Source: the human T2T-CHM13v2.0 reference genome, Homo sapiens
Strand: one strand, 5' to 3'
DNA length: 64,000 nucleotides
NCBI RefSeq assembly: GCF_009914755.1
Contig: NC_060941.1
The notes beneath the pieces were generated by a model. That model did no database searches. It was not told the origin of the DNA and saw only the letters and a program-made list of their open reading frames with translations. The position numbers and the translations under genes are program-made. Below are positions 13,934 through 32,072 of the stretch, piece by piece. Numbering within the stretch: position 1 is the stretch's first letter; each line of letters begins with the position of its first letter.

Positions 13934-16900
13934 GTAAGTATGTCAGTAACACTGCAGAACTAATATCATGACATTTAGATTCCTTACAATTAAGAAAACC
14001 TGATGGCTGGGCGCAGTGACTTACATCTGTAATCCTAGCACTTTGGGAGGCCAAGGCACATGGATCACTTGAGCCCAGGAGTTTGAGACCAGCCTGGGCA
14101 ACATGGCAAAACCTCATCTCTAGTAAAAATACAAAAATTAGTTGGGCATTGTGGCATATGCCTATAATTCCAACTACTTGGGAGGCTGAGGCATGAGAAT
14201 CACTTGAACCTGGGAGGTAGAGGTTGCAGTGCAGTGCAGTGCAGGCGATATAGCACTTGGTACATAGTAAGCCTTCAATAAATTGTCTCTGTTTATTTTT
14301 AGTAGTAACAGGAGATGGGGAAGAACAGGGGAAATACAATGACAAAGGAGGCAGAAGAGCAATGAGGTTCAAAATTAAGAGTAATGGCCCCATCAGTTAC
14401 AGGGTACTTGCTGTGTGGCAGGCACTCAGTTAAGCTATTTTTGTTTATTTCATCTAATCTTCACTAAAGTACTTAGGTCAGCGATGTTAGGTCAGGGTCT
14501 TGCTCTGTCACTCAGGCTGGAGTACAGTAGCACCATTATAACTCACTGCAGCCTCAAACTCCTGGGCCCAAGGGATACTCCCACCTCAACCTCTTAATAG
14601 CTGGGACTACAGGTGTGCGCCACCATACTGGGCTAATCTAATTTTTAAAATTTTTTGTAGAGATGGGGTCTCGCTTTGTTGCCCAAGCTGGTCTTGAACT
14701 CCAGGCCTCAGGTGATCCTCCCGCCTTGGCCTCCTAAAGTGAGCCACTGCACCAGCCTGTTATCATTATTCCCATCATACAGGAAAAGAGACTGAGATTT
14801 CTTGGTCATTTCTCTATTGAAGGAACTAGAACTTGCCCAAGTTTGTATAGCCAGTAAGTAGCAAGTCTGATGGACTGATAGTCCAATATTAAAATTGGAC
14901 TAATAAAACCTGATGGAGTAGCTGGAACCTCCTGAGTAGCTGGAATTATAGGCATATGCCCCAATGCCCAACTAATTTTTGTGTTTTTAGTAGAGGTGAG
15001 GTTTTGCCGTGTTGCCCAGGCTGGTCTCAAACACCTGGGCTCAAGCGATCCATGTGCCTCGGCCTCCCAAAGTGCTAGGATTACAAGATGTGAGCTACTG
15101 CACCCAGCCATCAGGTTTTCTGATAGTCCAATATTAAAAAGAAATATTAATGACCTATAAACATATGCAATGATGTTCAACTTTACTTATAGAGAAATGT
15201 CAATTAAAGTCTAATAAGAAATTGTTTTCTACTTCTCAGGTTGGCAAAAGTCCCAATATTTCATAACATACTTTGTTGGCTATGGAAAGACAGTTACTAT
15301 GACAAAATTATGTAACTCTTATAGGGGCAGGTGGCAATATCTATTAAAATTATAAATGCATTTATTTCTTTGAATCTGCAATCTTATCTGTAGAAATTTA
15401 TACCACACTTACACACAGTTAGGTGTTTACAAAATTATTCTTTACAACATTTTGGGCAATAGCAAGTAATTGGAAACAACTCAAAATATCCCTCAGTTGG
15501 GGACTGGTTAAATAAACATCTGTACAACATATTACTGTCTAGCTGGGGGATAAAAGTAATAATCACCAATATATTTATTGCTAAGTAGGAAAAAAAGGTG
15601 CTAAGTAGTGTGTGTGTAATATATTGCATTTGTGTAAGAAAGTTGGAAATAAGAATATATATTAATATTTGCCTCTATTCACATAAAGAAACAAGAATGA
15701 TACAGGAAGGAAAAAACTGAAAAAGAGTGAAAGAGTGGTTACGTAAGTTCCAGAAGAGGCAGGATAGAATAAATAGCAGTTGAATTTGCCTTATGCCAAT
15801 GTCAATAGCTTTTTTCCTTTTAAGTGTATATATTTTAGATAATAGGCAACACATTTTCATTATTCAGATATCAAAACAGTATAAAAAGTTGTATAAGACA
15901 ATTCTTGTTTTCATTCCCTCTTCATCCTCCCTCTCTCCTTTTCCCTAGTGTCACGCTCTACTCCCACCCAGATAATTATTTGTTAGGTTCTGATTTATCC
16001 TTCCATAGTGTCTTTAGGCAAATAGGAATATGAATTTCTTTCTCCGTTATTCAATAAAATGCAGCATACTATCACTGTGTTCTGAACCTTTTGTTTTTCA
16101 CTTAACATACTTTGGCAGTGTGTTTGTATCAGTGGATTTAGATTTTTTAAAAAGTTTCCTAGTGTTTTGTTTAAATACTTATGTACCCAATCACTGAATT
16201 ACTTTTCTATATTTAAAAGGGGGAGGGGCAGAGGGAGGAAAATGAGAAAGAAGAATCAAACTGGGAAGAAAAAAGAGCAAAATATAAGGGAAGAAGAGAA
16301 GAAAGGATTCATGTGTTGGGAAATGATTAAGTGTCAATGGCTCTTTCATGAACCACTGAGTTAGGTCAGTATCTTCTGTTGGCTACCTCTTGTTTTGGCT
16401 ACATGCAATGCAAGTAAATGTTGAAATGTAGGCAGATTGAAGTCGCTTGGTAAATAGTGTGGTTTAAAATAGCTGATTCTGTTTGTGTTATCTTGCTAAT
16501 CTTGTTGGGTAATGAGAGAAAGAATAATACAGATAAAATCCCATTACAACAAGTGTCTATAAAATTCATTAAAAGTCAAATTTCAGCTAATAGCTGCCTG
16601 TTTTAATCTGTAACCTACTTGGATCTAATAATTCAGTATGCATAAAAATCACTTGGGTGACTGTCAAAAAGTCAAATTGCTGGTCCCCAGAAACTCTGAT
16701 TCAGCAGCAAGAATCTTTAACATGCATTCCAGGAGGATCATAATGCAGTGGTTTTCCTATCATACATTGAGAAACCCTATGATGAACATCTATACCAAGA
16801 TTCGAGGGCGTATACCTGGTTTAAATCATATGCCTAAGATCACTTGTGAGAGGCAAAATCAGCCATTAAAATGTCTTATAATGTTGAGATTTTTTCCATC

Positions 16901-17013
16901 CCTTTGTTTGCAGTTTAATTTATTCACCATCACAGAAAAAGTGGGTGATGCAGTTTTTCATAACAGAAAGAATCCTTAAAAAACAATAACAAAGAAGACA
17001 GGATAAAACATAG

Positions 17014-17280
<267 letters not shown>

Positions 17281-17589
17281 TGAAGTGCTGGGATTACAGG
17301 CATGAGCCACTGTGCCCGGCTCATAGGCCATATTTATGACCCATTTACTAACAGGCAACAAGCTAAGAAGTATAGAAATGCTTACTAATTACTTAACCTA
17401 TGAGGTATGTGCCACCATCATTTTCATTTTAAACAAGAGGAAACCAAGGCTGAGGAAGATTAACTTGCCAGTGGTTGTCCAGCTAGTACTGAGACAGGAT
17501 TCAAATTTAAATGGGATTCAAAATCAAATTCTGATTTCAGTAACTTCTCTCTTTTTGTTTTTAGTTTTGTACTTTAATTTTATTTCTAA

Positions 17590-21830
<4,241 letters not shown>

Positions 21831-22177
21831 CTTTATCCTGGACCGGAGACCTCACAGCTTTCTTCTTAACCTGTGTTCTATACTACTTCTCATCCTTTAA
21901 GAAACGATGGGGTGGTAGCTACACTGATGGAAAGACTAAAGGCTCTGGTCTTAGTGTTCCGTGCACACTCCACAGTCTCAGGGCTCCCACCACCCATGGC
22001 ATCATAACCTGATGTGCACTAAAACCAATTGTTTTATAAACAGTTATTACAAAATGACACTTTATGCAGTCTGAAGGTACCTTTTAGGTTTTGTTTTTAG
22101 ACTAGGAAAATTATCTTACTTTTTGCATTTGTGTTCTCACTGTAGGGTAATCATTCTGTGTTATCACACTATCCTAG

Positions 22178-22229
22178 GTTTGCCCAAAGGACCAGCCAAA
22201 ACCTCACCTCAAGCCACGCATATGATAAT
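22178..22229 (+). CDS. TOM1L1: TOM1L1 coding exon (FAQRTSQNLTSSHAYDN), YxN motif
   Basis: cctag|G...AAT|gtaagt; 52 nt, phase 2 to 0. Confidence 0.93.
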
Positions 22230-24434
22230 GTAAGTAACAAAACTCTTTTCTAGCAGTGCATCTAGTCAGCAGATTATTGTAGCCAGAAAAGAACTCATGG
22301 TCATTAATTCCCATGTTCTGCTCAGTATTGTGTTGATGCGCAGCCCCTGTTAGCAAGATGGTAAGGATCAAAATTTTTTTGGAGTTTGTATTTGCTATCT
22401 CCACTTCCTTTCCTTGTATTCTCTTTGACTTCAGACATGCTCTTCTACCACTCTATGGACATAACTCTTGTCAAGGTCACTGGTGACTTCTGTATTGTGA
22501 AATTTAGAACTGCAGTTCCATAGTCCCTCATTTTATCAGCAACAAATGACAAAGTTGATCACTTCCTCCTTCTTGCACACATGGCTTTCAGACACCAGTC
22601 ACTTTGGTTCTTCTCCTGCCTCACGTTCATTTCTTCTCCATCTCTTTTGGTGGCTCTTCCTCCTCTACTGACCTTTTCTTGTTGGAGACCCCAGGGATCA
22701 GGCTTCAGACTTTTCTATCTACATTCATTCCTCTGTGGTCTTTTGGTCTCATATCTTGAAATAACCATTCAATTTTTGACAACCTACAAGTTTGTATCTC
22801 TTGTAGCCCAGACCCCTTCTCTAAACTCAGAACTCATATATCTACTTTCCACTTAATGTCTCCTCTTGATTTCTTCCCAGTCTCCACTCTCAACCTGCCC
22901 TTCCTGCAGACTTGCCACCTCAGTCAATGGCCACTCTGCTCTTTGCTGCATAGGTCAAAAACCTTGGGTAATAGCGCTTGACATCCACCTTTTTACTTTT
23001 ACTTTTGCCTTTTACTTTTAAAATATGTCAATTATTCAGCCACTTCTCACCACCTCCACTTCTGCATCTTAGTCCAAGTCACCATCGGATGGACATTGCA
23101 GTGGCCTCTAAGGGAAGCCCTGTTTCAACCTTTGCCTCCCTTCGCATCCCTCCCACCCACCTCATAATCTGTTCTCAAAACAAAAACAGGGGCATTCTTT
23201 TTTAAAAAGTGAAGTCATATTATGTCACTCATTTGCTCAAAACCCACCTGTGATTTTCTTCCTCACTCCATTTTACTCAGTAAATGCCTGAAATGCCGAT
23301 CTGACCGCACCCGTCACCTCTCCAGGCTCACCTCCTGCCCCTCTCTACCTTGGCTCACTCTATTCCAACCACACTGGCCTCCCCCACTTCAGAGACTGTG
23401 AACTTGTGTCCTCTCCAGTAACCACAAGACTCACTTTAGTCAGGCTCTGCTTAAACGTCCCCAGTGATGAGACATTTCCTGACCACGACCTATTAGAGCA
23501 GTATTCCACCCCAGTCTCTCTCCCACCCACTACTCTGCTTTTATATTAGAGCACATGCCATTGGATATCTGTTCACATTTGTTGATTGTCTGAGTCATGA
23601 GGGCAGGAACTTGGTCTGCTTTGTTTATTGCTTTATTAATAGTGCCTGGCAGCTGGTAGGTGGCCAGGATATATTTGTGGAGTGAATAAGGAAAATTATG
23701 AGAAGAGATATTTCTAATTAAGATTCTAATATTTTATCAATCCTGATTTTGTTGTGTCACTGAGTGCCTCTCTGTAGATTTAAATTTTTTTTTTCCTACT
23801 CAAGGCTGAGATTTTATATTCAGAGTGAAACAACAGAGAATCTGGCCTGAGCCATTGAATCTGCTTCATTTTTAAAAGCAATATATGGTTTTTTTTTCAC
23901 AGTTTCTATGGGAAATAGGGTGCATTAGGCATAAAATCAGACAAAAATATAGTAAATTCTTGTTTTTGAGACAGGGTCTCATTCAGTCACCTAGGCTAGA
24001 ATATATAGCATGATCATATGATCATAACTCACTGCAGCTTCAAACCCCTAGGCTCGTGATCCTCCTGCCTTGGTCTCTGGGGTAGCTGGGACTACAGGTG
24101 TGAGCCACCATGCCCAGCTATTTTTTTTTTTTTTTTGTAGAGTTGGGGTCTTGCTGTTGCCTAGGCTGATCTTGAACTCCTGGGCTCAAGTAATCCTCCC
24201 ACCTATCCTCCCAAATTGCTGAGATAACAGGCATGAGCCACCATGCCCAGCAGAAAAGTAGTAAATCTCGTAAGTGATTATTACCTAAAAAAACTAAAGT
24301 AATAATTAAAAACAACTTATTCTTGTCCAGTTCAAAGTTCTTGGAACAATGTACTTGCAAGTGTAGGAGTCTCAGTAATAAAAGAAAAGCTTAATGTAGA
24401 ACGTTTATATGAACATGTGTTATGCTTTCTTCAG

Positions 24435-24540
24435 TTTCTGGAACATTCAAATTCAGTGTTTCTACAGCCAGTTAGTCTACAAACCATTGCAGCAGCACCA
24501 TCAAACCAGAGTCTGCCACCTTTGCCCAGCAATCATCCAG
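24435..24540 (+). CDS. TOM1L1: TOM1L1 coding exon (FLEHSNSVFLQPVSLQTIAAAPSNQSLPPLPSNHP), PxxP SH3 ligand
   Basis: ttcttcag|TTT...CCAG|gtacat; 106 nt. Confidence 0.94.
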
Positions 24541-24961
24541 GTACATGGGACCTTATTATTCGCATCAAATAAGGAAACTTATGAGAATATATGAGTCTGC
24601 CAGAGATTCATTGGTAACTGAAAATAGGAGAAATTAGAGATGCTCTTTTGTATTTTTAAGCTAATGAAACAAATTCAGGGCAGATACCATTATGACTGAC
24701 TTATAAGAGACTGTAAAAATGCTTGTGTTAAACTGAGTATTGTGTTTTGAATGCTAAGGTAAATGAATCTTTAGTTGAGGTTTGGAAACCTTTTTGATAC
24801 ATACAGATTTGTTGAACTTGGGAGTAGCATTGGGACACCAGTCTGTTTTGGTTGTGTTTATTAGGATCTAATATTTGAAGTCTAAATTATAAAAAGAATA
24901 TCAATTGCGTGTACTCCTCAAAAAGCACAATATGTTTACTGGTCTCTTTTTTTGCCCAAAG

Positions 24962-25043
24962 CGATGACAAAAAGTGATCTCCAGCCACCTAATTACTACG
25001 AGGTAATGGAGTTTGATCCCTTAGCTCCTGCTGTCACTACAGA
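24962..25043 (+). CDS. TOM1L1: TOM1L1 coding exon (MTKSDLQPPNYYEVMEFDPLAPAVTT), PPxY, YxxM and FDPL motifs
   Basis: Pyrimidine tract with aag acceptor; donor gtaagt; 82 nt, phase 1 to 2. Confidence 0.94.
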
Positions 25044-25741
25044 GTAAGTCATTTACAAAATGATTAATTTATTTTTTGTCTTGGTTCCCTTTGATAGCAG
25101 AGCTAACAGGGCTTGGTTATACATTTAACTTTGTTTAGGTCTTGGCAGAAATTGATGGCCTTATTAAAAATGCCTTATGAGGTTTTATGGCAGCTGTTAC
25201 TCTTAATGGTCTTATCGTTCCGGCCTTGTGACTAAAAAATAAAAATGCTGGGGTTGCATGTTAAGAAATAACTGGAACTAACCTGCTTAATGGACTCCTC
25301 ATAGATCCCTTGGCAGAAAGTCATGTTCTCTTTAGCTTGAGAAGGGTACTAGTCACTGATTGGTGACATAAGTTTATGCCACATTGATGGAATATTTTAG
25401 CTGCTCTTTATGAACTGATCCAAAAAAATCTTATATTAGAACTTGTTTTTAGTCTTCTAAAGCATTAGTACAATTACTTTTTACTTAAAATCCTTAAAGC
25501 AACATTCTTTTATGATTTCATATTGGTCAAGATATATAAATATTAATGGAATGGTAAGGTCATAAGAACTTTAATATACTTTGAGTGACTGAAGGTTACC
25601 CCCAAATTGTTAAAAATTATTAAAGCACGTTTATTGGAAATCATTGTTCAGAAACTGACAGCCTACAGGCTCTATCTTGCTTGCAGTTGTTTGTTTTTGA
25701 CCTGTGCAGAATTTAAAATGTGCATTTAAAAAATTAATTGC

Positions 25742-26576
25742 TGGTTTGGGAAACTCTCAACCATGTTTTTCCTCAGCTCTCACTCTAATATAACAATGAA
25801 TGCAGAGACTTCTGTGGCCCCCAAATATGTGAGGATTTCTCCCCATCAGCAGGCAAGCAATGAATTCTACAATGGACACCAGCTGGGTGTCCTCTGATTC
25901 AATTCCAACACCATCTACCTGGAGATAGTGTCAGACCCCACAGGTTGAGAGCTCAGTCCCCACCACCCCGACACCTACCTTCCCAGACACCAGTCACAAG
26001 CCTGGGCCTCTAAACTTAGGACTGACTGGCTTCAAGTTGGGGTTCCCATGACTGCTTCTTTGGGTTTGATTAGTTTGCTGGAGCAGCTCACAGAACTCAG
26101 GGAAATACTTATATTTACTGGTTTATTATAAAGGACATTGCAAAGGATGCAGATGAAGAGATGCACAGGGCGAGGCATGCGGAAAAGGCCATGGAGTTTC
26201 CGTGCCCTCCCTGGAGTCCCACCCTCCAGGTACCTCCACGTGTTCAGCTATCCAGAAACTGACCTGACCCAACCCCAACCCAGTCCTCTAGGGTTTTTAA
26301 TGGAAGCTTCTTGATGTCAGCATTCCTTCCCCCAGGGTATAGGGCAGGACCCTCTCTAGGGAGGCTCTTATGACCCACAGTGACAAAGGTGGGCGATTAG
26401 AGTGGTGCCTTGGGGCAGGTGAAAGGAGGACTAGAGAAGGTCGAGAGATTCTGCTTCCAGAGGCTGGCTCCTAAGGCCTGACACACCCAACATTATAACA
26501 AAAGACTGTAACAAGGGCTATGGGAGTTGTGAGCCAGGAACCTTAGACAAAAACCAGTATGTATCATAAGACCACA
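25742..26576 (-). mobile_element. MER21-like LTR
   Basis: gacaccagctgggtgtcctc and gctggagcagctcacagaactcagggaa motifs; TG...CA ends. Confidence 0.65.
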
Positions 26577-27007
26577 GTTGCCAACAGCTGAAAACTCGGA
26601 TATTTGAAAATAAAAATTCTGGACTTCTAGATCATTTAGATACTCTGTCAACACGAAGCCTGAATTTTTACGTGCTAGCTATGGGCTGGGGTTGAGTAGT
26701 AGCTATCTCCTTTACACAGGTAGGCTCTGCAGCCCCTCAGGTCCTGTTACCACCCAAAAAACCCAGGGTTCATTCACCTGGATAGTAACAGATATCTGAC
26801 TCTCCACAAGGACACAGGTTTTGATCAATAGGAATTTTATTACTTAGCACAAGTAAATTCTTTAGGGGCCAGGATCAGAAAGCGTTCTTCTGTAACTTCT
26901 TCATGTTGACCAGGGACACTGTATCCAGAGATGTTAGAGGAGTGAAAATCTCTAGGCACTAAAACTAAATATGTTTTAGGGTCTCCCAGGATAGGTTGCA
27001 AAGGCAC

Positions 27008-27688
27008 CTACAGTTGAAATTTTTCTAATCTGGAAGATACAAATTTTACGAAGAGGTTAAAGATGCAGGGACCAAACAACAGTAGTAAGAGCAATAAAAT
27101 TAGTGGCCTCATTAGGGGAAGAAACCAAGTAACACTTGGTATTGCTAATTTGAGAACTTCTCAAACAGAATTAGAAGTATGGCTATTAGGCCTGATGTGG
27201 TGGCTCACCCCTGTAATCCCAGCACTTTGCGAGGCCAAGGCGCGCGGATCACCCTGAATTCAAGATCAGCCTGGGCAACATGGTGAAACCCCGTCTCTAC
27301 TAAAAATACAAAAATTAGGCAGGTGTGGTGGTGCGCACCTGTAGTCCCAGCTACTCAGGAAGGTGAGGCAGAAAAATCGCTAGAACCCAGGAGGTAGAGG
27401 TTGCAGTGAGCCCAGATCGTGCCCCACTGCATTCCAACCTGGGCAACAGAGCGAGACTGTCTCAAAAAAAAAAAAAAAAAAAAAAAATATGGCTGCTGAT
27501 TAAAAGTGTGGAACCAAGAGGCTTGGGCATGGACCTTCCTAATGTTAACTTCCTATTTCCCCTGAGGTATTTATTCAGGTACAGCAAGAGGAATTAATAA
27601 CTGCACACTCTCCTCCTCCCTGTTCTGCTAAGAGGCAGTCTAATGCTATACAATTATCTAGTACCGCATTAGCCAAGGAGTCATATGA
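27008..27688 (-). pseudogene. env: ERV env TM remnant split by an Alu (27189-27487)
   Basis: DSLANAVLDNCIALDCLLAEQGGGECAVINSSCCT*INTSGEI (ISD and CX6CC); TWFLPLMRPLILLLLLLLFGPCIFNLFVKFVSSRLEKFQL* (membrane anchor). Confidence 0.88.
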
Positions 27689-27769
27689 GGCCCCAAGTCT
27701 GGAACTTCCCCAGGAACTAGGGCCAGCATGGCAGTGCCATGGGCTCAGAACACCTCTATTCTGTCCTGA

Positions 27770-28360
<591 letters not shown>

Positions 28361-28469
28361 TTGTTTTGAGGAGCCAGGCAGGGAGCCCCATGTCCCCATC
28401 CATCAGTTTCTTGTCCAGTTACAGGGAACAGGTACCTTGGGCTTGTCCTCCTCCTTCCCTCTCTGGGGA

Positions 28470-29960
28470 TGATTTGGACATTCCCTTTCCTAGCATCCTT
28501 TCTGCTTCCAGTAAGCATATTGTTTGGGCCCCAGTGTAGGCAGGCCCTGAGTTCCATGGTGGGGGCCCTGGTCACTCACCCATGCCATCTTCTTCCTGGG
28601 CTTCCTGAAGTAGTCTGTAGGGCTGCCGCATCTTCTTGTCTTCCTTTTCATCAGATGCCACATCTCTTTACTATAGACCTTAAAGGAGATGTCTACCAGT
28701 TGGAAAGGGGGAGTATGTGGATTTATTGCCACTTTTTAGAGTTTTCTCTGAATATCTGGGGCTGAGAGATGAAGTGAGATTAAAGTACTACTCAGCTTTT
28801 GGGTCATCTGGGTCCCAAGGGGTGTAATTCTGGAGGCATTCTTATTATCAATTTAGGAATGCTGATGGATTTTCATTAGGGCCTTGTTCTATTTCTCTGA
28901 GATTTCCCCAATTGACCAGGGACTGGCTTGCTTCCCTCATACCTCTGAGAAGCATATTCCTATAATGATGAAGCCACTCTTGATTCTTGTTATCACTGGG
29001 GTCCCAGTTTGGGTTGGCTATTGGGACTGACACCTCAACGGGCCAGGTCACCAGGTTATCAGCACACATATTGTCTGCCTCCTCCTTAGTTTTGGCCATG
29101 GTGGCAGATTTATCTTCTGCTGTGAGCAGGGTTGCTGTTACGGTCTGCACACCTGGCCAGGTAGGGTTATGTGTGGAGAATATTCTCCATATGAGAGTTA
29201 CGAACTCTCGTGGGCTCACCCATAAGCCCTTACTATGGGATTTCCAGTTATACAAGTCAACAGTTTTAAAAAACACATAGACCCGAGCAAAACCTCTTTC
29301 TCCAACAGGCATGCTCTGAGTGGCAACAGTCACCCTCCAGGGTTATATGCGTTCCCACTATGAGTGGTGCTCCCTGGCAAAGAAGAGTGCAACAGGGGCC
29401 TGCTATTGCCATAGCAGGAGCCACAGCTGGCTCTGCAGAGTTTGGAGGGCCTGGCAAATACAGAACGGGCCCTTGCTTTTCCCTGGAGGTGCAGAGGGTA
29501 CCATTTCCAAGAAGGTGGACTATGCCCCTGTATTGGCCAAGGTTCCAGTCCCCGAGTAGAGTTAGAGGGCCTCACTTCTCTTGGAGGGGGTAGTAAAGGG
29601 ACTCTTCTTACTTGTTCCCTTCCCTATAGGCCCCCACATGACTGATGCTTCCTCTCCAGAGGCTTCTAGAATTGGCAATATAGTTCCCTTTGGCCAATTT
29701 ACATATTCTGCATTTCATCTGCAAGGCAGGGTTTTGATAGAGGGCCATAAAACATTGCATATAGGGCATTTCTTCCCATTTACCATGTTTCTTGCAAAAA
29801 AAGTCCAATTGGAGAGTTGCAGTAAGTGACCCATATTCAGACCATCTCTTCTGATCTAGGGAATACTGGAGCCAGGCTGTATTACAGTAATATATCATTT
29901 GCTTTTTGGTCATGGGTGGATATGCAGTTTCCATTGCCAGAGGAGGCACCCTAACAAGCT
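28470..29960 (-). pseudogene. gag: ERV gag remnant (MA, CA/MHR, degenerate zinc knuckle)
   Basis: MIYYCNTAWLQY...LQLDFFCKKHGKWEEMPY (MA); EIEQGPNENPSAFL (MHR); QYAYWKQKGC*ERECP (decayed CCHC); frameshifts and stops. Confidence 0.88.
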
Positions 29961-30977
29961 CTCCTTCCAAGACCTAGTTCACGACATTCTACGGTCTCTG
30001 CACACAGTTTGAGGGGCTTCCAAACTCTGGAGATTAATGATGACACAAATCCCACAACTCAGCTTGAATACTTCTGGTCCTCTTTGCTGGCCACCATGCA
30101 AAGCCATCCAGAGGTCCTGGGAAGCTGAGAGGATAACAGGGATTTCCTTTCCCTGGATCATGTTCGGTCCGGGCAGCCTCCCAGGAGATCTCATGGAGAC
30201 AATGAAGTAGTTCTGGATCCAGCTCAGGTGGTGGGGAGGTAGGTAAATCAATCAAGTGAGTGAGGTGTTTCCTCAGAGAAAGCACACACACTGTTCATGT
30301 AACCTTTGTATCACTGCATTCTGGTTCCAGGGATCATGATCCCACCAAAACTGCCCCCTTTGAAACTTGGGTCTCCTCATCAAACTAACAGCAGTCCTTC
30401 TGTGACTGCTGCAAAACAAAGCCTGATATTTTAGGGGTTGCCACAGACTAAGGGTAGAAGAATCCAGACTTCATATTCATTCAGGCCACAGACAAGTAAG
30501 AATATTGAGCCCTACAGTTATACCACGTAGGGAACAAAGCCTGAAGACAAGCATCCTTGTCTTTTTGTTGGGGATTCCCCTTGTTAAAACGATGGCGATG
30601 TCTCTCAGTCTCCCAGACCTGAAAGAAGGAACTTCTTTTTCTCAACAATCCTGGATCCCTTGACCTAGGTCCTAATCCTGACAACCCAGAATCCTAATGA
30701 TCAAAACCCAGACCACTCTTTTAGTAGTTCATGGAGCTGCTGCTTCAAAGCAGCACCGAGCAAAAGGTCTGGGCTCTAGGCAGCCGCTTCTACTCTCCCA
30801 GAGAGGTCTTGTGGTGCTGGTCAGTGGACTACACTAGACACCAGGTCAGGGGTCCCAAGGCCCTTCTCTAGTCTCCTTCTTGGCAACTGAGGTGAGTTGG
30901 CCCACGCATGCTTCCACATCCCACTGCTTTGCCTGCCAGGAGCCTATAAGGGAGGTCAAGTCAGGGCTCAACCCTGG

Positions 30978-30995
30978 GTCTCATCTGGGGTACCA
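30978..30995 (-). other. Primer binding site complementary to tRNA-Arg(CCT) 3' end
   Basis: Minus strand TGGTACCCCAGATGAGAC, 4 nt from the LTR end; 16/18 match to remembered tRNA-Arg-CCT 3' end GTCCCACCTGGGGTACCA. Confidence 0.75.
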
Positions 30996-30999
30996 GACT

Positions 31000-32072
31000 T
31001 GTTACCCCTAAAAAAACCTGAGATTCATTCATCTGGTAATAGACAACTCTCCATGAGAACACAGGTTATTATTATTTTTTCTTGACAGGGTCTCACTGTG
31101 TCACTCAAACTAGAATAAAGTGGCATGATCACGGCTTACTGCAACCTTGACTTCCCAGGTTGAAGCAGTCCTCCCTACTCAGCCTCATGAGTAGCTGAGA
31201 CTATTGGGGTGCGCTACCATGCCTGGCTAATTTAATTTTTTGAGACAGAGTGTCACTCTGTCATTAGGCTGGAGTATAGTGGGGGTGATCTCGGCTCACT
31301 GCAACTTCTGCCTCCCAGGCTCAGGCAATTCTCATGCCTCAGCCTCCTGAGTAGCTGGGGACTACAAGCATGTGCCACCACGCCTGGCTAATTTTTTTGT
31401 ATTTTTAGTAGAGACAGGGTTTTGCCACGTTGCCCAGGCTGGTCTCGAACTCTTGGTCTCAAGTTCATCTACCCACCTCAGCCTCCCAAAGTGCTGGGAT
31501 TACAGGTGTAAGCCACCGTGCCTAGCCTTTTAATTTTTTTCTTTTTTATAGAGAAGGGGGTCTGTGTTGCCCAGGCTAGTTTTGAACTCCTGGGCTCAAG
31601 CAATCCTCCTGCCTCAGCCTTCCAAAGTGCTGGGATTATAGGCATGAGCCACTATAACCAACCAAGAATGCAGGCTTTGAGCAATAGTTTTATTACTTGT
31701 CACAAATAAAGCACCGGGCATAGTCTCCAAAGCAGGAAAGTGACAGGAGGGTTTTATGGGGTGATAGAGAGGGAAGAGGGTATGTCGTTGCATGGAAAGG
31801 GGTTGCAGTTGTGCAGATGCAGTGAGTCGTTATTTCAGCACACAGGTCACATGTTATGGTAATGAAGCTATAGCATCTCCCAGGGTGAAGATACTAGCAT
31901 GGTAATGAGGAAAGTACACTGGGATCCATCTGTAAATTGCTGAGGTCTGTCATGAACTGGTTTAAACCAGCTAGCTGGCTGCATTCCACACAGGGTTTGG
32001 GGAAAAAAGCAGGTGATTACTCAAGTTGATTGTACTCCTATAGTCCCTGGAGACCCCTCCTATCTGCTTCCA
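31000..32072 (-). mobile_element. 5' LTR of the provirus, interrupted by nested Alus (31068-31660)
   Basis: Adjoins the PBS; minus-strand AATAAA at 31689-31694; Alu TSD agaacacaggtt/agaatgcaggct. Confidence 0.8.

Noticed and set aside
28848-29970. gag ORF pieces of 161 and 120 aa as a possible domesticated gene
   Set aside because: Separated by frameshifts, followed by stops and a destroyed zinc knuckle
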